64,000 nt of DNA from Amoebidium appalachense (lineage: Eukaryota; Protista; Ichthyosporea): the NCBI GenBank assembly GCA_963693365.1, contig CAVNZM010000001.1:2372907-2436906 (forward strand), given 5' to 3'. Numbering within the stretch: the first letter of the stretch is position 1; each line of letters starts with the position of its first letter. Below, one piece after another: positions 51,388 through 64,000 of this stretch. The translations under genes were made by a program, and so were the position numbers. The notes under the pieces are model-generated. The model made no database searches and was not told the DNA's origin. It was given only the letters and a program-made list of their open reading frames with translations.

Positions 51388-52245
51388 TATTTCCATTGGC
51401 TGTGCACCGGTGACTGCATCCAACCCAATAGTTTGCCAAAAGCTGCATAGTCGCTACATTGCCCTGCAGAGCCAAAATTCTATAAATATCACATGATTCC
51501 TAATTTCTTTTCCTTTCCACCTGCCCCCCTCCCCCCCCCCCCCCCTCCTCCCCCCCCCCCCCCCCCCTCCCCACTTCCCCCAACCACCACCACCACCACC
51601 ACCCTCCACCCCCTGCACGTTGCCCTCATACAAATCCCTTGACCTTCAGTTACCGTCCAGACCCTGCAAGCCTACCCCTGTTCTCTACGTTCGGGTTCAA
51701 AGAGACATGGCAGGGCAAAAAAAACTGCAAACAAAATGACTCTCTAACGAGAAAAAGATATGTTATAATGGTCAAACACGTTTATACTGGCACAATACAA
51801 TTAGTACCCACAATGTTGATAAGCCTATTTTGAGTGTAGTTAACTAACTTAGCGTAACAGGAGCTTACCATAGAAGATTTGGAATTGCCAGGAAACAAAC
51901 ACAATAGATCATAGACAATCACTTTCTGAGCTCAGACCCTCATACTCTTGTTTGTGTGCGTGGTGTGTAGCACTGCGTGTCTGCATGTGTGTGCATGTGT
52001 GCGCGCGGGCGCGTGCGTGTGCGTGTATGCATTTCGCTGCCTCTTTGTGTAATGATTTTTAAATTTAGTAAAGTTTAATGTTACGCTTAAAATTATTTTG
52101 GGATGAGGAGGGGAAATGGGGGGAGTATAATTACAAGAGAGGAGGGGGGGGGGGGGGAGGGGGGGAGGGGGGGAGGGGACGGGGGGGGTACCCGTGATGG
52201 AGGGGGAAAGGGCCAAAGGGGAGCAGAGGGATGAGGGGGAGAGGG

Positions 52246-52285
<40 letters not shown>

Positions 52286-53559
52286 CTCGAACGCACCATT
52301 GCTTCGCTAACGACCGTGTGAGTGACAGCTGCAGGGAAAGAAATGCCCAGAGACACAGCCCTCTTGGGCAGAGAGAAAATGGACGGCATGGTGGTCGTGT
52401 GGTGGTTTGGGGGCTGTTATGCTTTGCTAAAAACAAATAAAACAAAAAGCGGGGGGGAGGGGGGAGGGGGGGAGAAGAACACAATAAAGCACTTTGGCGG
52501 TTACGAATTTTAGAAACGAACAAAAGTAGGTATGTTGAGAGTAAATTAAATAAATAGTGCGTAGCCCAAGAGTAAATCAACGTCTGCAAAAGGTGTCGTT
52601 TTGGATCATCGGCGGCCCCGGGGGTTGGGTTCGTTCACACAGGTTACGGGGATGTTTCGACTAGGCTTGATTGTAAAATTTTCCGGTCAAGGACCAAAAA
52701 AACGATAAACAACAACAAATAAAGCCCACCCGTCTTGGTTTAAATGGAACCATATGGCTATCGTTCACAAATATAGAAAGTCTTTCCAGCGTGCTGCAAA
52801 GGGAGTTTATCCAACTGGAAAATTTTGAATATGCTGCTAAGAACTGCCGTAATGGTTAAGTATTGTTAAACATACCCCGTACAAAATGATTGTTCGTTTC
52901 TCTCTTGTCAAAAAGCTTCGGGGAAAAGACAAACAAACAAACAAACAAAAAAAGAAGAAGAAAGTTTGAAGAGCAAATAAAAAGAACTGCTGCCTACTGG
53001 TTTCAGCTCTGCCGTTTTATGTTTGCCTCATGACCTGAGCTTGACGTGGCCTGAATGTGCCCGGGCAAATAGCAGTATAAACGAAAGAAACTCAGTGGCA
53101 GCGTTTTAAACATTAAATTTAAAATTACCCAGCCTCCACGGAACGGTTGAGTACCTCTCTATTTGATCAGGTACTTCCACAGCATACGTAGTAAACACCT
53201 GTCAAAAATAATGTCACGTACCCCAGTTGCCCAGCTGAGCTCAAGGTGACATAAGCAGTTTGCTGAGCCCAATGAACCTCTTCCCCAATTTTTTCGGCAC
53301 GAAGACCTGACGTGGCTGAAGCCACTCGTTATCGTGGACAGTGAGAATCCGTTCCGTGTACCTCGTTTGAACATTTCCTCAATCTCCACCCAAGCACCGG
53401 CCTCCCCTTCAGAACAGCAAAGCTTCTCCCCCCCCCCCCCCCCCTCTCTCTCTCCCTCCCCTTCAACACACATTTTTTTTTGGTTTCAAATAAATAGCAT
53501 GTGTGGTGCGTCCTTGCGTGTGCCTTGTCTATGTGTGTGTGTTTTTTCTGGTGGGGAGG

Positions 53560-53594
<35 letters not shown>

Positions 53595-53985
53595 CAACGA
53601 AATGGTCGGTCATGAGGGCGAGCAAGCCGTCAGGGAAAAAGCATGTGCACGCTGCATTTTCTCGGTAACTACAGGACAATTTTGACCCCTAACATATATG
53701 CATGGGCAAGTGCAAACACCAGAGATCACGAAGCAGTGCAGGACTCAGCTCTCAGCCTATTTGTGCTCGTGCGTAGATGCATGTGTGGGCGCGCGTGTGT
53801 GAGCGTGCACTTGCGTGTGTGTATGCACATGCGTGTGGTGGTGGTTGTGGCGTGTGTGTGTGTGTGCGCGTCTGGTTGTGGTGGTGGTGGTGTGTGTGTG
53901 GCTGTGTGTGTGCACGGTGTGTGTGTGTGTGTGTTGGTGTGTGTTTGTGTATGACATTGCGTGTGTTCTTTGGGGCGGGGTGGGG

Positions 53986-54019
<34 letters not shown>

Positions 54020-54487
54020 GGGGGGGTGCAATGGATACAACCTGGGAATAAGGATGAAAGTGAGCTGCGTGGAGAAGCCACCCACGAGTGTACAGCTGTA
54101 CACATATGCGTGCGAAAGTGTAAGTTCGCATTATTGGGAGGTTACCCGCAAGATTATGTGTGATGCAGTAGTAGCGCACTCAGGGTTATATGTGACAAGC
54201 ACCCACCCACCGTTGCATGTGGGGCTTGCATGGTTGTATATTTGGCCTCCAGGGCATACGACACTCGAGGACAAATGCCTCTAAGCACCCCCACCAGAAC
54301 CACACTGTGACCGGTCACAGCACAAGAAGAAAGAAAACAAATAATGAAAAAAGCAAAACAACGGTGAAACTTGTCATGATTGAACGGGCATACATCCCAC
54401 CAAGCAATAATATGTCCAAAGTTCCAAAGGGCATGTGTATAAGTGTAGTAGTATGTGGCGCGTAACCATAATGTGTTTGTGTGATTG

Positions 54488-54529
<42 letters not shown>

Positions 54530-54644
54530 AAAACTACCATGATCACACGTGCATATATACAACAATCTAACGGCACATTCTTGATGTTGGCAGAGTCTCA
54601 GAGCCGGCATTCGTTGCTAATCTCTCCACCTGACTAAGGTGCTC

Positions 54645-54676
54645 TTACATCATCTCGAACTGAGCGGCATCCTGTT

Positions 54677-54726
<50 letters not shown>

Positions 54727-54981
54727 GTCACAGAAAGAAGGGACGGGGATCATGTGAGCACAGATATGTCATCAAACCAACCGACCCCCACCGATCCATA
54801 TATACACCTACTCACACACATGGAAACTACTAAAACATATAACTGCAGCACGATCGATCCCCCCCCTCCCCTCCCACCCCCCCCCACAGCCCGGCAAGGT
54901 CCCACCCCTTTCTTCTTTTCCTTTACCCCTCCCCCACTCCCTCTCTCTTCCTTCCCCTTCACCTCTCTCTCTTCGTGAATT

Positions 54982-55017
<36 letters not shown>

Positions 55018-55171
55018 AAGGGGGGGGGGGGGGGGGGGGGGGGGGGAGGACCGCAGACCACTCGACCACCACAGAGATACCGAGATATACACAAAAACTG
55101 GTGAATCGAAGGCAGTCACCGAGCAATCAGATATAAACGGAGACATAATTGGGAGAATTGGGGCATGGTAT

Positions 55172-55206
<35 letters not shown>

Positions 55207-56073
55207 TGTGTGTGGTTGTGGTTGTGGTTGTGGTTGTGGTGGTGGTGGTGGTGGTGGGGGGGGGAAGGGGGGGGGGGGAAGCAATCATGTGGTAAATCAA
55301 GCACAAGGTGTACTCTGTGAACATAACTGCACACGCCCTCTGTTGTTTTGTTTTGACGAATGCCTGTGTCTATATTGCCCACAGAAGACAACACACGCCC
55401 ACACAAATCCACACCAACCTTGCGTACACACACATCTCTCCGTCTTCACCCATGCCCCCAAACAGCCATATGTGCACACACATGCACACGTGAAGGTTTG
55501 ACACGATTTTAAAGATAACTAAGCGCACAATCATGATGTGCAAACACAAAGCAAATATGCCAAGCATACACCAAGGACATGCATCATAAACAAAGCAGTA
55601 TTTCACGGACCATGGGGGGGCGCTGCCCTTGCTGGTTCTGGTTGCCGCCCTGCTGGCGCTTGTCGATGTTGTCTGCCAGCACGTGGCTGCGGAACGACAG
55701 GAACTTTGTCATCTCGATCACCTGGTGGTACACGGACGGTATTTGCGTACCCATGATTACCGTGCCCTGTGTGAGAGAAATAGGTTAGCATAGAGAAGAC
55801 CCCCTCCCCCCCCCCCAACCACAGACACACCCACCACAAAGGGAAAAAAAAAAAAAAAAAAAAAAAAAGAACAATACATCACTACTACACTGCCCCCCCC
55901 CCCCCCCTCTCCTTTCCTTATTTTCTCCATTAGCTTTTTAGTTTGACCACCTGCAATCAGCCTCGAACTAATATTTGCCCACATCCAACCCTTCAAGTCC
56001 TACCCTGTACACTGACATGTCCTCCCTTCCCCCCTCCACACACCCTTTCCTCCCTCCCACCCCCATCCCCTCA

Positions 56074-56124
<51 letters not shown>

Positions 56125-56258
56125 CTGTTTTGAGTCGATCTTTGCGTCCAGCCTTGCATTGCGGATCAGATTGACGATCCAGATCTCAGCCTCCTCCGGT
56201 GTCATGTTCAGCTTCTCACCCAACATCCTGCACACACAAATGTAAGCCCCCATTTCCT

Positions 56259-56311
<53 letters not shown>

Positions 56312-56996
56312 ACAAACCCCCCCCCCCCAAAAAACCCACCACGACTACCACACCACACACAAATCGAGTTCCCCTCTCTGACCCAAACAGAGACCAAACC
56401 AAACAGCACGCCTAAGTCCGCATCACACCCAAACCCACATAGATATGTCCGTCTTCCAACCCTCCCTCTGTTCACCAATACCCCACCCACTCCAGAACGG
56501 AATGTTCCACCCCCCCCCCCCCCCCCCCCCTCTGGCCCCTCCCAAGCTGCCCCAAAAACACCACCACCATCACAAACACCCAAGAAAGCCCCACTTACTC
56601 CTTCCCCCCCCCCCCCCCCCCCCCCCCCAAAACCCAATATACACACAACAGCCACCCACCCCCTATCCACCCACCACCTGCGCAAGCACACCACAGGCAC
56701 TCCCCCCCCCCCCCCCCCAACCACCACCCACAGAGATACTCACGAGATGCTGATGACCTGGTGGATGCGGCAGTAGTTCTCGAAGATGAAAAGACGGGCA
56801 TTCTCGATGAACTCGTCCCGGCACGACACAAGGAAGAAGTCGTTGGACAGCACCTGCACAACCCTAACTCAGATCATGCTACTCCCAGCCCAGAATGTTG
56901 GCCCCCCCCCCCCCCCACACGCACACACACGAAGCCCCCACACACATGCCCACAAACCCACCACAAGGCATCCACACCACTCCTCCACTTCCCATA

Positions 56997-57038
<42 letters not shown>

Positions 57039-58198
57039 AATCACACACACACACACACCATCTCGCACTCGCGCAGCTTCTGCTGTGCGGCGTCAAAGTC
57101 GAAGTTGACGAGCAGGCACTCGAGGAACTCTGTGATGGGGTCCTTGTAGCGGTAGCTCTCCTGCTGGATGGCGCGCACCAGCTCCTTGACCACGTTGCGC
57201 CGGCGCTTGTTTGTCATGACGGCCGTGGTCAGGTAGCGCAGGATGTGAGGGCAGGTGGACTGGATGGTGGTCAGGTACTGCGGCTGGAAGAACATATCGA
57301 TGATGGCGTCCCGGCCCTTGGGGTGGTTGAAGAACACAAACAGCCCCCAGTGGATCAGCCACGTCCGCTGGTGCAGCTGCTGCAGCGCCTGCGGCCCCGC
57401 TGTGTACGGAAAGTGGAGATTACGTGTCAAGATAGAGAAGCAACGTGTCAAATATCGGGAAAACAGCTCATAAATTCTTTCTTCCCCCCCCCCCCCCCCC
57501 CCTCCCTTCCCCCCGGGAAATATCCTTCAAAAACGCATGTTGGAATTGTCTCAGATACAAAAAAGTCGTCTCCTCCCCCCCCCCCCCCCCCCCCCCCCCA
57601 AGCCCCGAACTAAAACCCTCTAGAAAAGAAAACCCCCACCGGAAATGGCAAAAAGACCCCATACATCACATTACAAAAGCACTGAAAAAGTCTGAGCCCC
57701 CCCCCCCCCCCCCCCCCTCAAAATATATATTCAGAACCATCTTTGGTTACAACCCCCCCTCCCCCCCCCCTCCCTCCCTATACCTGCCTACCGCGATGGT
57801 CAGACCCAGCCACATATCCCCTAGATAAACGCATACACAGGAAAAAAATAACAAGCCAAAAAAAAAAAAACAGACAAACAAACAAACAAAAAAAACCCAA
57901 CAACACAAGCAAGCACACAGCACTATGAACCTAAGACAGGCGCATACTTGGTGTCTTTGAGTCGATGCTGTCCCTCAGGCGGTTCATGTCCTCCATGGCC
58001 GTCTCCCAGTTCTGCATCAGAATCTCTGCTGCAAACTTGCCCCACAGCGCACTGAACAGCTTGTCGTTGTCCGTGCTCTGCATACCCCAGCAAACGTGAG
58101 AAGAGGCACGCGCAACAGGGGGAACAGAGGCAGCATGTAACAATATGGAGGAGGAAGGAAGAGAGGAAGGGGGAGGGGGGGGGGGGGGGGGGGGGGGG

Positions 58199-58244
<46 letters not shown>

Positions 58245-59160
58245 GAGAGAGAGAGAAGAGATCCAGTCGGAGGCAAATAGAGATACGGAGAGAGATAGGT
58301 TGGCTGAGAAAGAGGGATGAGCGACTGAAAGTGAGGGAGAGCAAGGCCAGGGAGAAACACACACGGCCACCACACAAACAGGAGAGCAGGGACGTACAAG
58401 CACACGGTAGTGGGTGAGGTACTCTGCGGCTGCCGAGTAGTTGCCCGTGTTGAAGTTGAACCGTGCATGCTGGTACAGGTCCTCGAGCATATCAAGCGTC
58501 ACCTGACAAACAGCCAATCAGCACCAGGTCACGTGGTTTGAACAAAAAACAACAAGCCACGTGACGTGTGTGTGTGTGTGGGTGTGTGTGTGCGCGCGTG
58601 CGCTTGTGTGTGCGTGTGTTGGGAGATCTCTGGAAGAGTGTGTGTGTGTGTGTGTGTGTGTGTGCATGTGTGGAGGGATGGGGAATCGACAGTACATCCA
58701 CCAAGATGGGTGAAAGTGCGAATGAGAGGGGATAGCGAGTGATCACAAGCACAGGACTGCAGCATATCTCATGGGCATACACATGATGAACACCTGGCTG
58801 CTTAGATGGTCATAAGGACAAAAACAGTGACTATACACCATACCCAGGGCCCTTTTTGGGGCAGGTAGGCAGGTTGGTTAAGAGAAATCAAAGGAGGAGG
58901 GTGCAACGCAGAATACAGTACCAGGCACAGTGGGCACGGTCAACACACGAGCCCAACATGACTGCGCGTGTGCATGTCCATGCGTGTTTCTTTTTCTCCT
59001 TCTTTTTGTGTGTGCGTGTGCATGTGCACGTGTCTGCACGTGTCTGTGTGTGTGTGTGTGGAGGGGGGGGGGGGGTTTACCCCCTGCCCGAAAATGTGCG
59101 GATTAGTTGGCATGTGTGTTTCTTTTTCTCTTTTTTGTGCGTGCGTGCACATGTGTGTGT

Positions 59161-59191
<31 letters not shown>

Positions 59192-60361
59192 GGGGGGTTT
59201 GAATGCGGAACACAGTACGAAGTACGCATACACGATGAGAAGCATGGTGCAGGACACATGCAAAGGCAAACATTCAACTATGCAGCATCAGCCATGCGCA
59301 CAGTATGCGTCATAAGCAGAGCCCATCCTCAGGGAGGGCCCAAGTCATCAATTGCGTCTGAGTTTCGACCCCTTAGCCCGCGTATATACGACGCTCCAAC
59401 TCAGACAGCAGCATCAACTGAACTTGGGTGGGTCAACCCGTCTTGATCAAAGACGAGCAGGGTTGCTTATGCAAGCAAGGTGAGCAAAACGGTGAAGATG
59501 TGTGTGCAAACTAATGCAGTGCAGCGACAAACGCGTGTGCTTACAGATGCACGACACAGAGCAACCATGCCCGGTTGCATGGAAGTAAAGATGTCTCCAC
59601 ACAGTGGTCTGTCCTGAAAGGACACCTCTGAAAGAAGACAGGGGGGTTTGAATGCGGAACACAGTACGAAGTACGCATACACGATGAGAAGCATGGTGCA
59701 GGACACATGCAAAGGCAAACATTCAACTATGCAGCATCAGCCATGCGCACAGTATGCGTCATAAGCAGAGCCCATCCTCAGGGAGGGCCCAAGTCATCAA
59801 TTGCGTCTGAGTTTCGACCCCTTAGCCCGCGTATATACGACGCTCCAACTCAGACAGCAGCATCAACTGAACTTGGGTGGGTCAACCCGTCTTGATCAAA
59901 GACGAGCAGGGTTGCTTATGCAAGCAAGGTGAGCAAAACGGTGAAGATGTGTGTGCAAACTAATGCAGTGCAGCGACAAACGCGTGTGCTTACAGATGCA
60001 CGACACAGAGCAACCATGCCCGGTTGCATGGAAGTAAAGATGTGGGGGGGGGGGGGGGGGGGGGGGGGGGGAGGGTTTACCCCCGCCGCAAAAAATTCTG
60101 TGTGGATTAGGTTAACTGACCCCATTCCATTGCCAAGCCTTGCTCCCCACCTCTTGTTCTCACCCTTCTGCCCTCCCTCCCGGGGTACAGTGTACATATT
60201 CTAAACCCCCCATCCCCCCTACCCCTCCCCCAAAGGGTAGCCACCACCCCTAACCAGCCACCGGCCCGTTCCTACCCACTCATAATGACCAAAATCCCAA
60301 CAATCATAACACAAGTGTTCACACACACACGCATGTACGCATATAACCTGTAGCTGGGTGC

Positions 60362-60394
<33 letters not shown>

Positions 60395-61403
60395 CCCCCC
60401 TCTTCCCTCCAAAAAAGCACCCAAAAAACAAAACTTCAAACTGCCACACCTATACACTGCCGCTCCAAACACAGACTCATACAGGAACCCCCCCCCCCCC
60501 CCCCCCCCCAAAAAAAAAGAGCACACAATTCTCTCTCGGAAGTCATGCTAGCAGGAAGGCCACATACCCCGTGCTGCTCGCGCAGGTACTCCAAGTTCCA
60601 CATCTTGTCCTGCCGCAGCTCGGACAGCACATCCTCCCTGCCCAGCACCTCCATCAGGTGCTTGCACTTCTCGTCCCCCTTGGTCAGCTGGCTGATCACC
60701 TCGTCACGACGTACACTGAACTCTGCAGCAGGAAAAAACAGAAGGTTAGGTGTTTTCTGGAGCCAATTTGCACGGCCAAACTTACATCGAAGCCAAGGAG
60801 GGGTGAGGGGGGGGGGGGGGGGGGGTGTGTGTGTGAAGACGATGAAAGAGGGGAGGGGGGTGTTTCAGAAAAGATGGGCCAGCGGGTACTTCAAGTTGCA
60901 AAGCCTCAAGTGGATAACCTTGTGCTCACTAGTGTGCAAGCATATACAGTGTAAGCATACACCAGAGCCAACTCCTAACGGGAAGTCACAATCCCACTGC
61001 CTTAACCATGTCCCCCGGGGGGGGGGGGGGGGGGGGAGGGGGGGGGGGGAGGGGGGGGGGTTTGAATGCGTCAAAAAGTACGAAGTACACAAGAACAAAC
61101 GGATAACACGATGCAGAATGCAAGCCATACATGAAGAGTATGCATAATGAGCAGAGCCCATCCTCAGGGGGCCCCCACGTCATCCACAGTACCCGAGTTT
61201 CGACCTATTCACCTCGTTAACGAAAGCCAACTCAGATACTGTTTCACTTGAACATGGGTAGGTCGGGGGATTGAGCCCCTAATATCAAAGACTGTTGCGA
61301 TTGTCTTTTTCGGCCCTTTCTCATTCTCCCCTTCCCCCTTCCTTCCTCCAATGTTGCATACTATATATCTGTGCTTTGCATTCTAAATTGTGTTGTCCAT
61401 CCC

Positions 61404-61434
<31 letters not shown>

Positions 61435-61442
61435 AAATCCAC

Positions 61443-61492
<50 letters not shown>

Positions 61493-62048
61493 CTGTTAGA
61501 CTCAGACTACCCTTCACAACACAGCACCACAGGCTCCCTCTGTCGTTCGATAGTGTGTAATTCAGAAGCTTCCGAGAAGCATGATGAGTGTGGCTTCCAA
61601 ACATCCTTACAAATTGCAAGTCGATGCTGAATGTAACAAATGCTTAAAAAAGGGAGGCAGAGCATGTTCCTTTTCGTGCATTCCTGCACAACACAGTTCC
61701 AACCGTCCTATTAAATTTGAATGCAAAGGCAAAGGTTGAATCACATACAAAAAGTTCATCTTGAAAAAAGGAAATACATGCGCCCTGAACCTGCAGAATG
61801 TCGCGCTCAAAATGTGCAACTGCGTGTCAAGTGTCTTATTCGGCATGTAGCAGTGCTACGAAGTGCGCGCAGGCGAGGTTGTGTATAATTGTTTCCAGTG
61901 TGTGGATGTGCTGGGTATGTGCGTGTCCGTATGTGCATGTCTGTCTGTGTGTGTGTGTGTGTGTGTGCACGCGCGTATGCGCGCACACCCTCATTCTTGT
62001 ACGTGTGGATGTGAGAGTGACCGATGCATGGTTGCACTTGGCACGTGT

Positions 62049-62099
<51 letters not shown>

Positions 62100-62983
62100 G
62101 TGTGAGTGACAAGTGCGGTTTACATATTTATGTCTGTGTGTGTGTGTGTGAGTGTGTGTGTTTGTGTGTGTGTGCACGCACACGCCTGTGTGTGGCTCAG
62201 GTGCCGTTTACGACTATGTGTGTGAGTGTGTGAGTGTTTGTATGTCTGTGTGTGCACCCGTGTGCATGTGTGTGCGTGCACATGCGTGCGTGTTGTGTGC
62301 GGAACGTGCACGTATGCACGTGTGGTATGTGCCGCATGTGTGTCACTGCTCACAAATCCGGCTTGAAAGGCGAATGTAAGCTTGTAAAGAATAGGTCGGT
62401 GAGAGCACCGTACAAAAAGCACACAGCGGGAAACACACCCTCAGGAACGTCCTCCGTGTCGTGCACCTGCTTGTATACGTCGGCTGCATAGTCCACCATG
62501 TTCGTCTTTTGCAAAAGCGCCAGTTTGGCCTTCAGCAGCTGGTTCATGGGGTACATCTGCAAAAGAACAAGGTAAGAAACGGGCTCTCGTGTACACAAAT
62601 GACACAGAGAACGAGTCCCACAGCAGGCCCGGATCACAAACTGCCTGTAACCCATCTCGAGCATATAGGGATGCGGACACCATAAGTCTCTCAAGTCAAG
62701 GGTAGAAAGATGGCCCGGAATGCACCGCAAATAATCATGAGCTGCTCACCAGCAGGCCCTAACTTTTCGGCCGACTGTCATATGACGAAAGGTGTAAAAA
62801 AACCGAGTACTACACACTATTCTTCACACCACAAGGCTCCCTCCCACCCAACAAACAGACCTCAAACACCCACAAAAGCCACATATCACGAACCTTGCTG
62901 AACTCCAGAAACTGGATGAGGGGAAAAGTCAAGTGCCTGTCCAGGTAGGGGAAGATCGTGGGGGTGAGGTCGTAGTTCGCCAT
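54645..62983 (-). CDS. eIF3e: Eukaryotic translation initiation factor 3 subunit E (INT6), 10 exons
   Basis: Exons 62983-62894 ([26 protein letters not shown]), 62556-62439 ([11 protein letters not shown]), 60722-60568, 58502-58398 ([10 protein letters not shown]), 58077-57948 ([15 protein letters not shown]), 57399-57059 ([23 protein letters not shown]...[15 protein letters not shown]), 56853-56744 (NDFFL...[15 protein letters not shown]), 56227-56125 ([17 protein letters not shown]), 55766-55611 and 54671-54645 (DAAQFEMM*; last exon less certain). Confidence 0.97.
59198..59646 (-). mobile_element. Family B copy B3 (449-bp unit, possibly full length), eIF3e intron
   Basis: First unit of a head-to-tail dimer with period 449; preceded by a G-run. 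Confidence 0.9.
59647..60043 (-). mobile_element. Family B copy B4 (second unit of the tandem dimer)
   Basis: Apparently identical to the first ~397 bp of B3; preceded by GGGGGG and followed by a G-run. Confidence 0.9.
61061..61264 (-). mobile_element. Family A copy A5 (slightly diverged, truncated), eIF3e intron
   Basis: A-family sequence with several substitutions; G-runs on both sides. Confidence 0.9.
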
Positions 62984-63425
62984 GTTGCCGTGAGATTTAT
63001 GTGACTACCGCCCTAAGTGTGCTTATAGCAAATACAAGTCCACAAAGGCACAAACTAGTGAACTAAACTTAAATGCTAGGTGAAAACACTAAAAAACTAG
63101 CGTGAGGGTTGCTTCACCACACACGCGAACCAGACTTGAACTTTGTGTGACACAGCACGTCACAAAGCGACCGATTGGGCAGTCACGTGGATCGCAGAGG
63201 CAGGCAAATCATGGCTGGTGACGTTCTAAAAATAGCTCACTGAGCGCGCCAAAATTTGGCAGGCTGGCGTGTCTCAGGCACCGGTACATGCAAATACACA
63301 TGGCAAGTATTTTTTTTGTAGGTGCACATTTTGCCATGCACCATATGCGTGTGGCGCATTCAGCTGTGAAATGCTTGAATGAGACTAAAGGGCGTATGTG
63401 AAACCAATAACAACATAATCACTGG

Positions 63426-63872
63426 CTACAAACAAACGCAAACTGAGCCATGACAAGGGTAACTGAACAGCTTGCCAGACATAGCCATGCCACAACTTTC
63501 TAACTGGAGTCGTTGTGAGAACATGCCTGGGCACCGAACAATGCATATGAACGGAGGCTGGCACTGCCAGTTTTGCAATGGCAAATTACACACACTGAAG
63601 CCGTGCAGGTACGTAAAAGGGGGAAGACTAGAGGGCAGGAAAAGGGCAACCTTCAAGGTTGTACAAGCTTTGACAAAGGCCTGAGCCATGATCGGGTCCG
63701 GTATACGTAGGGCTCTCGTCTCGGTTGAATGATCATCATCGTAATAATAAGCAATATTTATTTTGTCAGACTGTGTTTCTTCAAGCACTCCCTGAACCTG
63801 TTCCGCCGTACCTTTCTGGCTGCTATTCTTCTTGATCGTTAGATTACGAGTGTGCATGCAAAGACGCGTCAC
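63426..63872 (-). CDS. 3' portion of a gene extending beyond the window; function unknown
   Basis: Non-repetitive open stretch (…GVLEETQSDKINIAYYYDDDHSTETRALRIPDPIMAQAFVKACTTLK…); exon boundaries unresolved. Confidence 0.4.
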   Translation of the reverse strand: MTRLCMHTRNLTIKKNSSQKGTAEQVQGVLEETQSDKINIAYYYDDDHSTETRALRIPDPIMAQAFVKACTTLKVALFLPSSLPPFTYLHGFSVCNLPLQNWQCQPPFICIVRCPGMFSQRLQLESCGMAMSGKLFSYPCHGSVCVCL

Positions 63873-64000
63873 AAGGTGTTGTTACGTGCTAATGAGGGAT
63901 CAACAAAGTTACCAAACAGCCGCCCTGCAGCTGTTGAAAAAGACCTACGTGTTGGTTATCACCATACTCTGCACATACAGCATGCTCCAAAGACGGCTAT

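Noticed and set aside
59320-59360. C/D-box snoRNA (UUGAUGA...CUGA on the minus strand of family B)
   Set aside because: Box C is not conserved in family A (UGGAUGA), the boxes lie inside helices/loops, and the copies are truncated and dispersed like a TE.

Overview
Eukaryotic genomic DNA: intron-rich, packed with (AC)n/(GCAC)n/(TC)n microsatellites and long G/C homopolymers. Gene content suggests a unicellular opisthokont, possibly an ichthyosporean-like holozoan (inference, not proven). Most ORF-track entries are artefacts of simple repeats. Genes reconstructed by hand: a small Phactr/Bni4-like PP1-binding protein (+), a 2x C2H2 zinc-finger protein (-), a spliced orphan gene (-), a DH-PH RhoGEF (-), a PTEN with a long N-terminal extension (-), a coiled-coil protein (-), eIF3e/INT6 (-) and a partial gene at the right edge. 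The most striking feature is nine copies of two related non-coding interspersed repeat families (A x5, B x4; up to ~375-450 bp). All begin precisely with TTTGA(A/G)TGCG directly after a G-run, are variably truncated at the other end, and sit inside G-tracts in the same orientation. They share a ~155-nt core whose minus-strand RNA folds into a covarying multi-helix, pseudoknotted structure. This looks like a poly-G-targeted, structured-RNA, non-autonomous retroelement system that I cannot assign to a known class. MITE-like elements, a palindromic repeat array and promoter motif clusters are also present.
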